From a virus (lineage: Duplodnaviria > Heunggongvirae > Uroviricota > Caudoviricetes), in IMG/VR virus record IMGVR_UViG_3300045971_000195, positions 1 through 64,000 of that record: DNA of 64,000 nt; one strand, written 5' to 3'. Shown in pieces: positions 46,666-56,006 of the stretch; position 1 is the stretch's first letter; each line of letters starts with the position of its first letter. The translations under genes and the position numbers were made by a program. Under the pieces are notes generated by a model that made no database searches, had not been told where the DNA came from, and worked only from the letters and a program-made list of their open reading frames with translations.

Positions 46666-47465
46666 AGGTTGTCATATTAGGTGCAGGCGGATTTTTAGGA
46701 AGTAACATTCTTAAAAATCTGCTGATTAAAGGATTTGATGTCGTTCCGGTATTAAGACAAGATCTTGATCTTACAAACTTTAACAACGTCTCACGATTTC
46801 TTCATGCAACTAAACCAGACATAGTGATAAACTGTGTCATCCCAGGCGGAAGAAACAAAATTGATAATCTCGATCAAAGTGATTTCGACGAACATTTAAA
46901 AATATTTTTAAATTTTTATAATCTATCACACTATTTTAAAAAATTCTTTAGTATCGGTTCGGGCGCAGAGTTTGATAGGTCCACTGAAATATTTGATGCA
47001 CACGAAACAAATATTCTAACTTGTGATCCTATTGATATATACGGAAAACTCAAGAACACTACTGCACGTATTTCTATGCAGGATCCTAAATTTTATACAT
47101 TAAGAATATTCGGGTGTTTTGATAAAACAGAATCAGCTAATAGGCTGTTTAGTAAAATTCAAAATTCTAACGAAATAACAATTGACGATCGATGTTTTGA
47201 TTTTATTAGTGTTAAAGATTTTTGCACGGTGCTACGCCACTTCATAAATACTGATACGATTTACAGAGATGTTAACTGTGTATATAACGATAAGCGAAAA
47301 CTTAGCGACATCGCTAATCTGTTTATAAAAACACACGATTTACATACTCGAATAATAATCAACACAACACAAAATCTTAGCTATTCAGGTAATGGCGGTA
47401 GATTAGAAATAATGAACTTGCCCCTAGATGGGCTCGTTAAAAGTATCAAGGAATATAATGAGTAA
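46662..47465 (+). CDS. NAD(P)-dependent sugar reductase/epimerase-like SDR
   Basis: 'VVILGAGGFLGSNI' Rossmann motif. Confidence 0.5.
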   Translation: MKVVILGAGGFLGSNILKNLLIKGFDVVPVLRQDLDLTNFNNVSRFLHATKPDIVINCVIPGGRNKIDNLDQSDFDEHLKIFLNFYNLSHYFKKFFSIGSGAEFDRSTEIFDAHETNILTCDPIDIYGKLKNTTARISMQDPKFYTLRIFGCFDKTESANRLFSKIQNSNEITIDDRCFDFISVKDFCTVLRHFINTDTIYRDVNCVYNDKRKLSDIANLFIKTHDLHTRIIINTTQNLSYSGNGGRLEIMNLPLDGLVKSIKEYNE

Positions 47466-48405
47466 GAAAATTGTTTATGTAACTGGCTGTTTAGGGTTTA
47501 TTGGATTTCATGTAACTCAAGCATGTTTAAATAGAGGTTGGTATGTTAAAGGTATCGATAAGATTACATATGCTGCAAATGTGAATTTATTACCAGAACT
47601 AGAAAAGTACGAAAACTTTTCGTTTGAACAAATCGATATAAATGATATGGATACACTTTATGAATGTGACTACATCATTAATACTGCCGCAGAGACACAT
47701 GTAGATAACTCTATTGCATCATCTGATGTATTTGTTAAGAGTAACATTGACGGTGTACATAATTTATTGAAACTTGTAAAACAAAAGTACAAGTTTAAAA
47801 TGCCGACATTACTACACTTTAGCACAGACGAAGTCTACGGAGATATTGTAGACGGCGCCCATACAGAAACTGACTTACTAAAACCAAGTAATCCGTATTC
47901 AGCAACTAAAGCAGCCGCAGATATGTTAGTGTTAGCATGGGCACGAACATATGGACTTCCGTTTGTTATTGTACGTCCTACTAACAATTACGGCATTGGA
48001 CAATATACTGAAAAGTTTATTCCACATACTGTTAAGCACCTTAATTTAGGTAAGGCGGCGCCGTTACATGATATGGGGCTACCTCGTCGTACTTGGTTAC
48101 ATGCAGGTGATACTGCTAATGCTGTACTTAAAATCATCGATTCAGATGTTAAGAACGAGATTTTTAATATTGCAGGTAACTACGAAGAATCAAACATTAT
48201 TGTTGCTAACAAGATTATTACACAAATGCAATTACCCGGCGACTCCATGCAATATTTAGATCTAAGTGTAAAACGCCCGGGGCAAGATGTTCGGTATGCT
48301 ATTAATGATAATAAGTTGCAAGCATTGGGATGGAGAGCAGAAGCAGACTTTGACACAGTGCTTAAAGATGTTGTTAAGTATTACACCAAGAATTTCATTT
48401 GGTAA
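47428..48405 (+). CDS. dTDP-glucose 4,6-dehydratase-like (RmlB family); likely true start about 47458
   Basis: 'IVYVTGCLGFIGFH' Rossmann; 'YSATKAAAD' YxxxK. Confidence 0.7.
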   Translation: MGSLKVSRNIMSKKIVYVTGCLGFIGFHVTQACLNRGWYVKGIDKITYAANVNLLPELEKYENFSFEQIDINDMDTLYECDYIINTAAETHVDNSIASSDVFVKSNIDGVHNLLKLVKQKYKFKMPTLLHFSTDEVYGDIVDGAHTETDLLKPSNPYSATKAAADMLVLAWARTYGLPFVIVRPTNNYGIGQYTEKFIPHTVKHLNLGKAAPLHDMGLPRRTWLHAGDTANAVLKIIDSDVKNEIFNIAGNYEESNIIVANKIITQMQLPGDSMQYLDLSVKRPGQDVRYAINDNKLQALGWRAEADFDTVLKDVVKYYTKNFIW

Positions 48406-48408
48406 CAT

Positions 48409-48936
48409 ATGATTGATGTAACTGAACTTAGTATTCCCGGACTTAAATTAATTAACTTAGCACGACATTCAGACACCCGAGGATGGCTAAATGAAATTTG
48501 GAGAGACTCTTGGAGCGACCAAATTGGACTAAAAGATCCGTTTATCCAGGATATGCTTTCATGGAATGATCAATCTTATACATTAAGGGGCCTGCACGGC
48601 TTATCGGTTGATCAATATAAGCTAGTGTCTGTTGTTAACGGAAGCGTATTTGATGTGGTAGTTGATGCAAGACCTAATAGCCCTGCTTTCAAGTCACATA
48701 TATCAGTTATGCTTTCTGTTAATACGCCGTCAGTATTGTTAGTACCACCCGGATGTTTTCACGGTTACTTAACATTAGAACAAAACACAGCAGTTGCTTA
48801 TAAAGTTAGTCACTACCACTCCGCTGGAATTGATAGGGGAATTAATTGGGCTGATCCCACTTTAAATATCAATTGGCCATTACACGGTAATACTCCTATT
48901 ATTAGTGATAGAGACTTAAATCATCCAAACTTATGA
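48409..48936 (+). CDS. dTDP-4-dehydrorhamnose 3,5-epimerase-like (RmlC cupin)
   Basis: 175 aa; 'FIQDMLSWND…RGLHGL' matches RmlC His/Tyr region. Confidence 0.65.
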   Translation: MIDVTELSIPGLKLINLARHSDTRGWLNEIWRDSWSDQIGLKDPFIQDMLSWNDQSYTLRGLHGLSVDQYKLVSVVNGSVFDVVVDARPNSPAFKSHISVMLSVNTPSVLLVPPGCFHGYLTLEQNTAVAYKVSHYHSAGIDRGINWADPTLNINWPLHGNTPIISDRDLNHPNL

Positions 48937-49676
48937 ATATATTAATCACTGGTGGGAATGGCTATCTTGCCAGACACCTTGCATCTCATTTATCTAAAGC
49001 GCATAATGTATATGCGCCCGGTAGAGATCAGCTTGATTGTATGGATGCAGTTGCCGTAGAAGAATGTTTCAATATCCATAATTTTGATACAGTAATACAT
49101 ACTGCATTAACTGGGAGAGAAGTTTTATTTTCTCAGGAAAGAAAATATTGGGACGATGCTATAACGATGTGGAACAATGTGCGAAATCATAAAACTAAGT
49201 TTAAACAACTTATACATTTTGGTAGTGCATATGATATGTTTGATAATCCTTATGGTCAAGGAAAGAAAGCGATTGCAGAGAGTTGTGAAGTAACTGATAA
49301 CTTTTATAATTTAAGGTTATATGGTAATTTTCACTATACTGAAAAAGATACTCGATTTTTTAAAAAGATGTATAGTGAATCACATTTCGTAATTTCAGAA
49401 AATAAACAATTTGATTATTTTCATCTCGAAGATATATTTCCTATTGTAGATTTTGTAATTAACGAACACCCGGCTATTCGTGCTTTTGATGTTGTTTATA
49501 AAGAGAAGCGTACACTAATATCGCAAGCAATGGAGTTTTGCGAGTTAAACGAAATTAAACCTATATTAGAGGTTCTAAAAGAAGGAACTGATATGATAGG
49601 CAACAGTACTATACTCGATTCGTTTAACTTAAATCTCCAAGGGCTCGCAACAGGATTTACAAAATATAAATTATGA
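48933..49676 (+). CDS. NAD-dependent epimerase/reductase-like protein
   Basis: 'ILITGGNGYLARHL' Rossmann-like. Confidence 0.45.
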   Translation: MNILITGGNGYLARHLASHLSKAHNVYAPGRDQLDCMDAVAVEECFNIHNFDTVIHTALTGREVLFSQERKYWDDAITMWNNVRNHKTKFKQLIHFGSAYDMFDNPYGQGKKAIAESCEVTDNFYNLRLYGNFHYTEKDTRFFKKMYSESHFVISENKQFDYFHLEDIFPIVDFVINEHPAIRAFDVVYKEKRTLISQAMEFCELNEIKPILEVLKEGTDMIGNSTILDSFNLNLQGLATGFTKYKL

Positions 49677-50392
49677 AAATTAGAATTTCGTATCACATAG
49701 TTGCACAATACGGTTGGGAGGAGATTACAACTAACTGTATCAACAAAATGAAAAGATCTGGATTGTGGGATGCTGCAACAGAGATTCATATGATGTGTCA
49801 TTACCAGCCATCATTATTTTCAGAATTCACAAAAACTCTTAGTCCTAACGACGATCGTATTTACTGGCACTTGTTTACAAATAGTGTAGTAAAGAGAGGT
49901 GAAAGTTACACAAATAATAGACTAAAAGATATTTGCGATAACGATACTGAAGATTGGAATGTGTTAAGACTGCATAATAAAAGTTCTAACTATACACATC
50001 ATCCTGATCAAGTGCTTGCTTATAAATGGCGAGACCTTATGGAGTATTGGAATATCGAACGATGGGACCTGTTGTGTTCAAAACTTAATCAAGGATTTGA
50101 TGTAGCAGGTAACGAGTGGATGGACGAGCCGTGGCCACATTTTAGCGGTAATGTTTGGTGGGCAAAGAGTAGCTATATTAGAAAGTTACCAGCATTACCA
50201 TTGCCCCTAGATATTAATACTCCTGCAACAATAGATTTAAAAGGACATCCTCCAAGACACGAAGCAGAAGCATGGATGGGAATTGCATCCCCAAAAGCGT
50301 GGTCAGCACTCCCTGAACTAACTACTTGGGGTCACCCAAAAATAGGCGATGGTTGGGATAATCCTAACATCCCGTTTAACGATAAAGAATAA
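49673..50392 (+). CDS. hypothetical Trp-rich protein (239 aa) within glycan cluster
   Basis: ORF, overlapping stops/starts. Confidence 0.45.
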   Translation: MKIRISYHIVAQYGWEEITTNCINKMKRSGLWDAATEIHMMCHYQPSLFSEFTKTLSPNDDRIYWHLFTNSVVKRGESYTNNRLKDICDNDTEDWNVLRLHNKSSNYTHHPDQVLAYKWRDLMEYWNIERWDLLCSKLNQGFDVAGNEWMDEPWPHFSGNVWWAKSSYIRKLPALPLPLDINTPATIDLKGHPPRHEAEAWMGIASPKAWSALPELTTWGHPKIGDGWDNPNIPFNDKE

Positions 50393-51050
50393 TATGAAAA
50401 TTGGAATGGTACACCTATATACTGCAAACTACAAATCTATGGCAGAAATTACGTTACCGGGAAAAGAACAGTATGCAAAAAGACACGGATACACGTTGTT
50501 TAACAAAGATGACAAGTTTATTCCGAATGTTCACATCGGCACACAAAAATGTTACTATATACTCGAGTTAATGGAACAACATCCCGAAATAGAATGGTTC
50601 TGGCATGCCGGTACAGATTGCCTAATTACAAATCATAATATACCATTAGAAAGTTTGATAGATCCCAATCCAACCATACATTTTATTGTATGTAAGGACG
50701 ATCACGGTATTAATGCTGATGTGTTTTTTATTCGTAATTCTCAAGAAGGTAAAGATTATCTTCAACATTTAACAACGCCACATCCTGCATCAGGTACTGA
50801 GCAAGGACATATGTGGGACGACGAACATAATCCAGTGTGGCGTGCAATTACAACATATCTGCCTCAAGTGTATATGAATGCATATGATTTAAAACACTAT
50901 CCTCATAAACGAGGACTCGACGTATTTGGATCTAGGGGAAATTGGAATGTAGGGGATTTCCTTTTACATGCTGTTTCTGGTGCAGTTGCAGATGCATATC
51001 CCTGGAAACTGAACATTCTTAACGAACATATAAACGAAGTACAAAAATGA
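50349..51050 (+). CDS. GT34-like glycosyltransferase, paralog of 43486..44184 (likely start about 50394)
   Basis: 'YAKRHGY' and 'IEWFWHAGTDCLI'. Confidence 0.65.
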   Translation: MVGIILTSRLTIKNNMKIGMVHLYTANYKSMAEITLPGKEQYAKRHGYTLFNKDDKFIPNVHIGTQKCYYILELMEQHPEIEWFWHAGTDCLITNHNIPLESLIDPNPTIHFIVCKDDHGINADVFFIRNSQEGKDYLQHLTTPHPASGTEQGHMWDDEHNPVWRAITTYLPQVYMNAYDLKHYPHKRGLDVFGSRGNWNVGDFLLHAVSGAVADAYPWKLNILNEHINEVQK

Positions 51051-51766
51051 TAAACGATAATTTAATTAAAACTTGCTCATGCAGCAACAACAGTTCATTC
51101 CTTGCGAGCCGAGAAAATGATATAGACTTGTTAGTCTGCACTCATTGCGGCACCCCACATCAATATCTACCAGGTTGGACTCAAGACAAAGTAATCGAGT
51201 ATTATAAAAATCTGTATCATACAGATGCGCAGCAAGCAATTGGACATCAAGCATACAAGGATAGATATGAGCACGATCTTAAAATTGCAAATATTCGATT
51301 AAATTCATATACACATTTAACTCCAGGAATGATCGGGTTGGACATCGGTAGTTCTAATAGTGCGTTTGTACATGCTGCTCGCGCAAGAGGAATTACTTGT
51401 ATAGGTATTGAACCTGGTAAAGATATCGGAGATGATGCTACTACTATTAGACAGCCTATCCAAGAAGTATCATTACCTATTAGCAGTCAAGACTTTATTA
51501 CCATGCACGACAGTTTAGAACATATGGTAGATATCCGTGCTATTGTTGGAAAGATTCAGTCACTACTAAAAATCGGCGGGAACTTAATTGTTGATATCCC
51601 AGACTACTTTGTACCTGAAGGGTTGCATCACTGGCGCCCTGTTCAACATTTATGGTATTGGAACGAGCAGCAAATGATCAACTTACTAAAAGAATTCGGC
51701 CTTACTACTAATAAAGTAATAAGACCGATTCCTGGAAAGATTGTGTTTTACGCTACGTTAGATTAA
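51047..51766 (+). CDS. SAM-dependent methyltransferase with N-terminal zinc ribbon
   Basis: 'CSCSNN…CTHCGTPH' then 'GLDIGSSNSAF' motif I. Confidence 0.55.
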   Translation: MINDNLIKTCSCSNNSSFLASRENDIDLLVCTHCGTPHQYLPGWTQDKVIEYYKNLYHTDAQQAIGHQAYKDRYEHDLKIANIRLNSYTHLTPGMIGLDIGSSNSAFVHAARARGITCIGIEPGKDIGDDATTIRQPIQEVSLPISSQDFITMHDSLEHMVDIRAIVGKIQSLLKIGGNLIVDIPDYFVPEGLHHWRPVQHLWYWNEQQMINLLKEFGLTTNKVIRPIPGKIVFYATLD

Positions 51767-52548
51767 AAGTATTGAATGTTAATTCTAAAAGGATAGTAAA
51801 TTTCATTATTATCCAGCGTTTCGTTTTTTCTAGTTTCAAACCAACTAGTTTTGCCTAACGCAATAGCAATACCGCAAGGGCTGCTTTGATTACCGATAAA
51901 CAATTCTGATCCTGCTATTACGCGAGTCATTTGCAACATATCTTCTGTTTTGTAGTGTGGCACTGTTACTTTGAACAAATCTTCAAACCACGCATGTTCG
52001 TGATCTAATCCGATATATACACAGCGATTTGCAAGTCCAGAATTAAACCAATTCTGCCAAGTTGGATTTAGCGTCGGAGCTCCATCTAAGTAATGCGTAT
52101 TACGTGCAATTACTATAGGGCGATTCGGAACTTTAATAGGATTTTCACACTCTAGCCACGATTGTTGCTGTAGTTGTTCCTTATATAAGTTTGCATCAAT
52201 TCCTTGACTCGATGCATATTGATTTGCAAAGTTGCGTGGTTTAAGTCCACCTGCTTGATGATGTCTGCATACTTCTTCAAATTCGTTAGTTACTTGCTCA
52301 CCGTTCCATTTTTGGAAACTATGAATGTAGCTTTGCGATTTGATTAATGGTTCTAGGACATTGTAGTCTTTCTCAGTCATTCTACCACTATGTATACCAG
52401 CGCCCGGCCATCCTAGTTTTTCTAGGACCATATTATCCATATTATTCATTTTTAGGTAGAAGTCGCCGCCGCCTAAAATTTTTACAATTACTAGACTAGA
52501 TACAACGTCACCTAATGTACCCGAATGTGTAAACGATCTCTGTGTCAT
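51763..52548 (-). CDS. GT9-like glycosyltransferase, paralog of 42677..43477
   Basis: 'HSGTLGDVVSSLVIVK'; 'GNQSSPCGIAIALGK'. Confidence 0.5.
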   Translation of the reverse strand: MTQRSFTHSGTLGDVVSSLVIVKILGGGDFYLKMNNMDNMVLEKLGWPGAGIHSGRMTEKDYNVLEPLIKSQSYIHSFQKWNGEQVTNEFEEVCRHHQAGGLKPRNFANQYASSQGIDANLYKEQLQQQSWLECENPIKVPNRPIVIARNTHYLDGAPTLNPTWQNWFNSGLANRCVYIGLDHEHAWFEDLFKVTVPHYKTEDMLQMTRVIAGSELFIGNQSSPCGIAIALGKTSWFETRKNETLDNNEIYYPFRINIQYF

Positions 52549-52602
52549 AAATTATTCCTTTATGTATATACTAGCATAACGGAACATAAAGATCAATCTT
52601 TA

Positions 52603-53319
52603 TTATAGTTTTTCTGCTATAAACTCTGCTTCAGGGATTCTAGAATGGGTATCTTTGCTACCTAATACTACTACAATACGGCGTCCTACATCAGTATCGA
52701 GCATCATTACAATACATCCTCCGCTTGCGGCAATGTAGCCAGTCTTGCTTACCATAAAAGTATGTCGCTTGCCAATAATGGGATTGGTGTTATTAAACAC
52801 AAACCATTTTTTGCGTATATTAATTTTAATTTGTGGAGTTTTAGCTGCTTTCTGTATTTCAGAATACGATTGTGCTTCTACAACTAGTTTAACTAAATCT
52901 TCAGCAGTGCTTACATTAAACACACTTAATCCAGTTGCTTCGTGATAACGAGTGTTTAACATCCCTAACTTCAATGCTTTTTCGTTCATTGCCTTTACGC
53001 ACTCGTATTCGCCTTTTGGGTAATTACTGCATAGTGCCCTTGCAGACTCGTTGTCCGACTTTACCAATGCAAGTTGTATTAATTCTGCTCGGGTAAACTT
53101 TGTTACACGTTCATCTAACTTTTGATGTGCATCTAACACAACCATTACAGTCATTAGCTTAGTAATACTTGCGATTGCACGAACTTCTTCTATATTTTCA
53201 CTTTGAATTATAGTGCCAGTCCCGTCTGCTACTAACCAGCTTTTAGCTGTAATAGAAGACCAACCGGCATTTGCTGTTGAGTGTAGCAGCAATAATACTA
53301 GCAGAAATTTTCTGATCAT
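52603..53319 (-). CDS. D-alanyl-D-alanine carboxypeptidase (S11 PBP5/6-like)
   Basis: signal peptide; 'SITKLMT' SxxK; 238 aa. Confidence 0.6.
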   Translation of the reverse strand: MIRKFLLVLLLLHSTANAGWSSITAKSWLVADGTGTIIQSENIEEVRAIASITKLMTVMVVLDAHQKLDERVTKFTRAELIQLALVKSDNESARALCSNYPKGEYECVKAMNEKALKLGMLNTRYHEATGLSVFNVSTAEDLVKLVVEAQSYSEIQKAAKTPQIKINIRKKWFVFNNTNPIIGKRHTFMVSKTGYIAASGGCIVMMLDTDVGRRIVVVLGSKDTHSRIPEAEFIAEKL

Positions 53320-53633
53320 AAATCTGATGCATTTGGAAATATTAGTTGAGCTTGTTCACCTGAGCCTAAAATACAAGCTAACCCTTTTTCGTTATACTGA
53401 ATAATTGTCCAAGATTTATTAGTTCTGTTTACTGTAATAATAAATTTTGTATCTAATTGGATGCCATTCCAGAACGGAACTTCTTGATATTTTTCACCAG
53501 TTACTTCTTCGATGATTTGTTTCAACCCCCCGCATACCACAGGTACTTCTGATCGAAATAATTGAGACTGAGATTGGGCGTGGGCTATAAGGGTGGTTAG
53601 CCCGAATAGGACCGCCACTGCTAATTTACGCAT
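53316..53633 (-). CDS. small secreted protein (105 aa)
   Basis: signal peptide 'MRKLAVAVLFGLTTLIAHAQS'. Confidence 0.45.
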   Translation of the reverse strand: MRKLAVAVLFGLTTLIAHAQSQSQLFRSEVPVVCGGLKQIIEEVTGEKYQEVPFWNGIQLDTKFIITVNRTNKSWTIIQYNEKGLACILGSGEQAQLIFPNASDL

Positions 53634-53658
53634 AGTGGCTCTCCTTTTTTAGTATTTA

Positions 53659-55326
53659 TTAACTTGACGAAGGCAATGTTCCGATTGTCGGCTGGCTAGT
53701 TTTAAAGGCAGGCTTAGGTGCAATCTTCGGAGGCATTGTTTTTATGCCTGCATTCTTTTTAATAGTTGCTAATTCATCGGGCGGCTGAACCGCAGCCTGA
53801 GCAGGTTGTTGAACAGCAGGTTGTGCAGGAACCGATGCTTGTTTTTGTTCAATTTTTTCCCAATCTGCTAATTCTTTAAGTAAACTTCCCATTTCGATAA
53901 TATTACGAACAGCAGATGCTTGCATATAAGATCTATATTTTACTAATAGTTCTTTATGCGACCCCATTTCTTTCTTAACTTTTGTTGTAACAGGAAAGCC
54001 GTATATTTCAATAAAATGCATTTTTTCACTATTACCGCGTTTTACAACTAACTGATAATCGTTTAGTGCTTCTTTTAGAGGTGCTCCAAATGTTAATTCA
54101 CTAAATGCTTTCTTCGATGACGGTGTAAGAATAACCATTTCAACATTTTCTTCGTTGCGGGTTGCATGATGTAAAATACCGTCGTATACTTGTTTAACAA
54201 GCCCAATTTGATCAGTTTTTGCCATCCTAGCTAACGAACGTTCTATTTCATCATATGCTACTGTAAATCCGTTGAAATAATTTTCATCACGGACAGCTTC
54301 AACATCTGCTTTCTTCTCAGCTCGTGTCATTTTTTCTGTACTAGGAGCAGCGAACTTTTTCTGTACAGCAGGACTTAAACTCATGCCAACACTTTGTTGA
54401 AAGAATCCGTTTAGCGCATCAAATGCATATCCGCTAACCTGTCCGAACTGGCCGACTCGCCCTGCTTTAATGCTCAGTAGGTTAAAACTTTGTTTACCCT
54501 GTTCATTTGCAACTGATATTTTTAAATCAACTTTTGTAATTTTTTGTTGTTCTGCGTTACCGCCGTCACTTAACACATCTACTAAATTTTCTGTTGGATC
54601 ATCAGATGCTTTGCTCACAGCTAATTGAACACGTTTTGATGTGTTTACATAATCTACAGCACTAGCAATATGTTGTGTAATGCCTTTTATTGTGTCTGAT
54701 GGAATTTTATAGTCTGCTACAGACTTCTTCCCCATTCCTAAGTAAGCAAAGAATGCTTTCTTATCGATAAATGGAACACTTGCACTAAATGTGATGTTGT
54801 CTTTGCCGGAGTGTGTTTGTACAGTGCCCTTACCTTCTGCTAACCTTTTAGCCATTCCAATTACATCATCTTTACTAACAGGCTGTCCTTGCTTTTCGAA
54901 CTTTGTAGTAACTGCACATCCTAAAACTAATTCTGCAATGTTTCCTAAATTTGGTTTTAACTCGCCTTTTATCTTTTCATCTTTAAAAATTTGATTTAGC
55001 TTAACATTATTATAAATTTCGCCTTCAACTGGATTGCCATCGTCATCTAACCGTTGAACACTAAAAGTAATTGACTGCAACATTTTAGGATCTTTATGTG
55101 CAATAGCAGCTAGAAATTCGTTTGCAACTTTTTGTCCATTTTGTATAATACCATCGAAATTTTCACTATCAATACTAAACGAGTAAACATTATTTTCAGG
55201 CAACCCTTCAATAAACGGTTTCCAATAGTAATCTTTTACCCAGTCGTTTGATGATCCGCTGTACTTCATCAATCCTTCGACAATCGTGCTTTTAAATGGT
55301 GTTAGTAAAAATTCAGTTGCTCTCAT
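53659..55326 (-). CDS. hypothetical protein (555 aa) with Pro/Ala/Gln-rich C-terminal tail
   Basis: long ORF; C-terminal 'QPAVQQPAQAAVQPP'. Confidence 0.55.
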   Translation of the reverse strand: MRATEFLLTPFKSTIVEGLMKYSGSSNDWVKDYYWKPFIEGLPENNVYSFSIDSENFDGIIQNGQKVANEFLAAIAHKDPKMLQSITFSVQRLDDDGNPVEGEIYNNVKLNQIFKDEKIKGELKPNLGNIAELVLGCAVTTKFEKQGQPVSKDDVIGMAKRLAEGKGTVQTHSGKDNITFSASVPFIDKKAFFAYLGMGKKSVADYKIPSDTIKGITQHIASAVDYVNTSKRVQLAVSKASDDPTENLVDVLSDGGNAEQQKITKVDLKISVANEQGKQSFNLLSIKAGRVGQFGQVSGYAFDALNGFFQQSVGMSLSPAVQKKFAAPSTEKMTRAEKKADVEAVRDENYFNGFTVAYDEIERSLARMAKTDQIGLVKQVYDGILHHATRNEENVEMVILTPSSKKAFSELTFGAPLKEALNDYQLVVKRGNSEKMHFIEIYGFPVTTKVKKEMGSHKELLVKYRSYMQASAVRNIIEMGSLLKELADWEKIEQKQASVPAQPAVQQPAQAAVQPPDELATIKKNAGIKTMPPKIAPKPAFKTSQPTIGTLPSSS

Positions 55327-55334
55327 AGTGTTAT

Positions 55335-56006
55335 TTACCCTATTTCAGGAAACAGCACTTCTTCGATAAAATCCTTAACTAACGCTTTACTTAACCCTAA
55401 ACTTTCCATTACACGAGGGCTATGTGGATTTTGCTTCTGATAGTGGCAATAGCGATTCTGTGCCATATGAAAATCAGCACCACTTTGTTGTGTTAACCCT
55501 ACATTAGATAGGTAGTAATCTAAGTTATCGAGTCCTGCTTGAACAAACTGATTTAGCTCATCTACTTTATCTACCGCGCCCACTGCAATCATTGCAGGAC
55601 TAAAGATTGCCGCCGCCCAGTCAGGCAATTCTCGTGGCTTTTTCCAGTTTAATTCTGTTACACGTTGATCAAACCATTGCATCATGTAATGATTTGGGTC
55701 ACCTGCATTACTAAAATCGTGGAATCCGCCACTCATCCTGTTTGGCCCACACACCATATCAAATCCGAATATAGGACTATTATCGTTCGTATGCGGGAAA
55801 ATGCATACATGCATCATCCATAAGTTTTTAGTTTGTCGAGCATCTACAATATCAATGTGTGCTCTACGGTATGCCATACTATAGTACACATGATTAGCCC
55901 AAGGAAACTTGCTAGCCGCAGGCTCAGTTACATGCTCTCCAGTGGATTTGAATCGCTTGATAATTTCTTCAGAGCAAGCAATTGCTTTTTCAAATATAAT
56001 GCTCAT
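55335..56006 (-). CDS. ferredoxin-dependent bilin reductase (PcyA/PebS/PcyX family)
   Basis: 'WKKPRELPDWAAAIFS' and 'QNRYCHYQKQNPHSPRVMESLG' parallel PcyA blocks. Confidence 0.75.
   Translation of the reverse strand: MSIIFEKAIACSEEIIKRFKSTGEHVTEPAASKFPWANHVYYSMAYRRAHIDIVDARQTKNLWMMHVCIFPHTNDNSPIFGFDMVCGPNRMSGGFHDFSNAGDPNHYMMQWFDQRVTELNWKKPRELPDWAAAIFSPAMIAVGAVDKVDELNQFVQAGLDNLDYYLSNVGLTQQSGADFHMAQNRYCHYQKQNPHSPRVMESLGLSKALVKDFIEEVLFPEIG

Noticed and set aside
40789-52548. Interpretation of the window as a giant eukaryotic virus (NCLDV) fragment because of GT17/GT34 glycosyltransferases
   Set aside because: Bacterial sigma70 promoters, ClpP/ClpS, bacterial-type tRNAs with encoded CCA, HNH/GIY-YIG endonucleases and operon-style overlapping genes all point to a bacteriophage.
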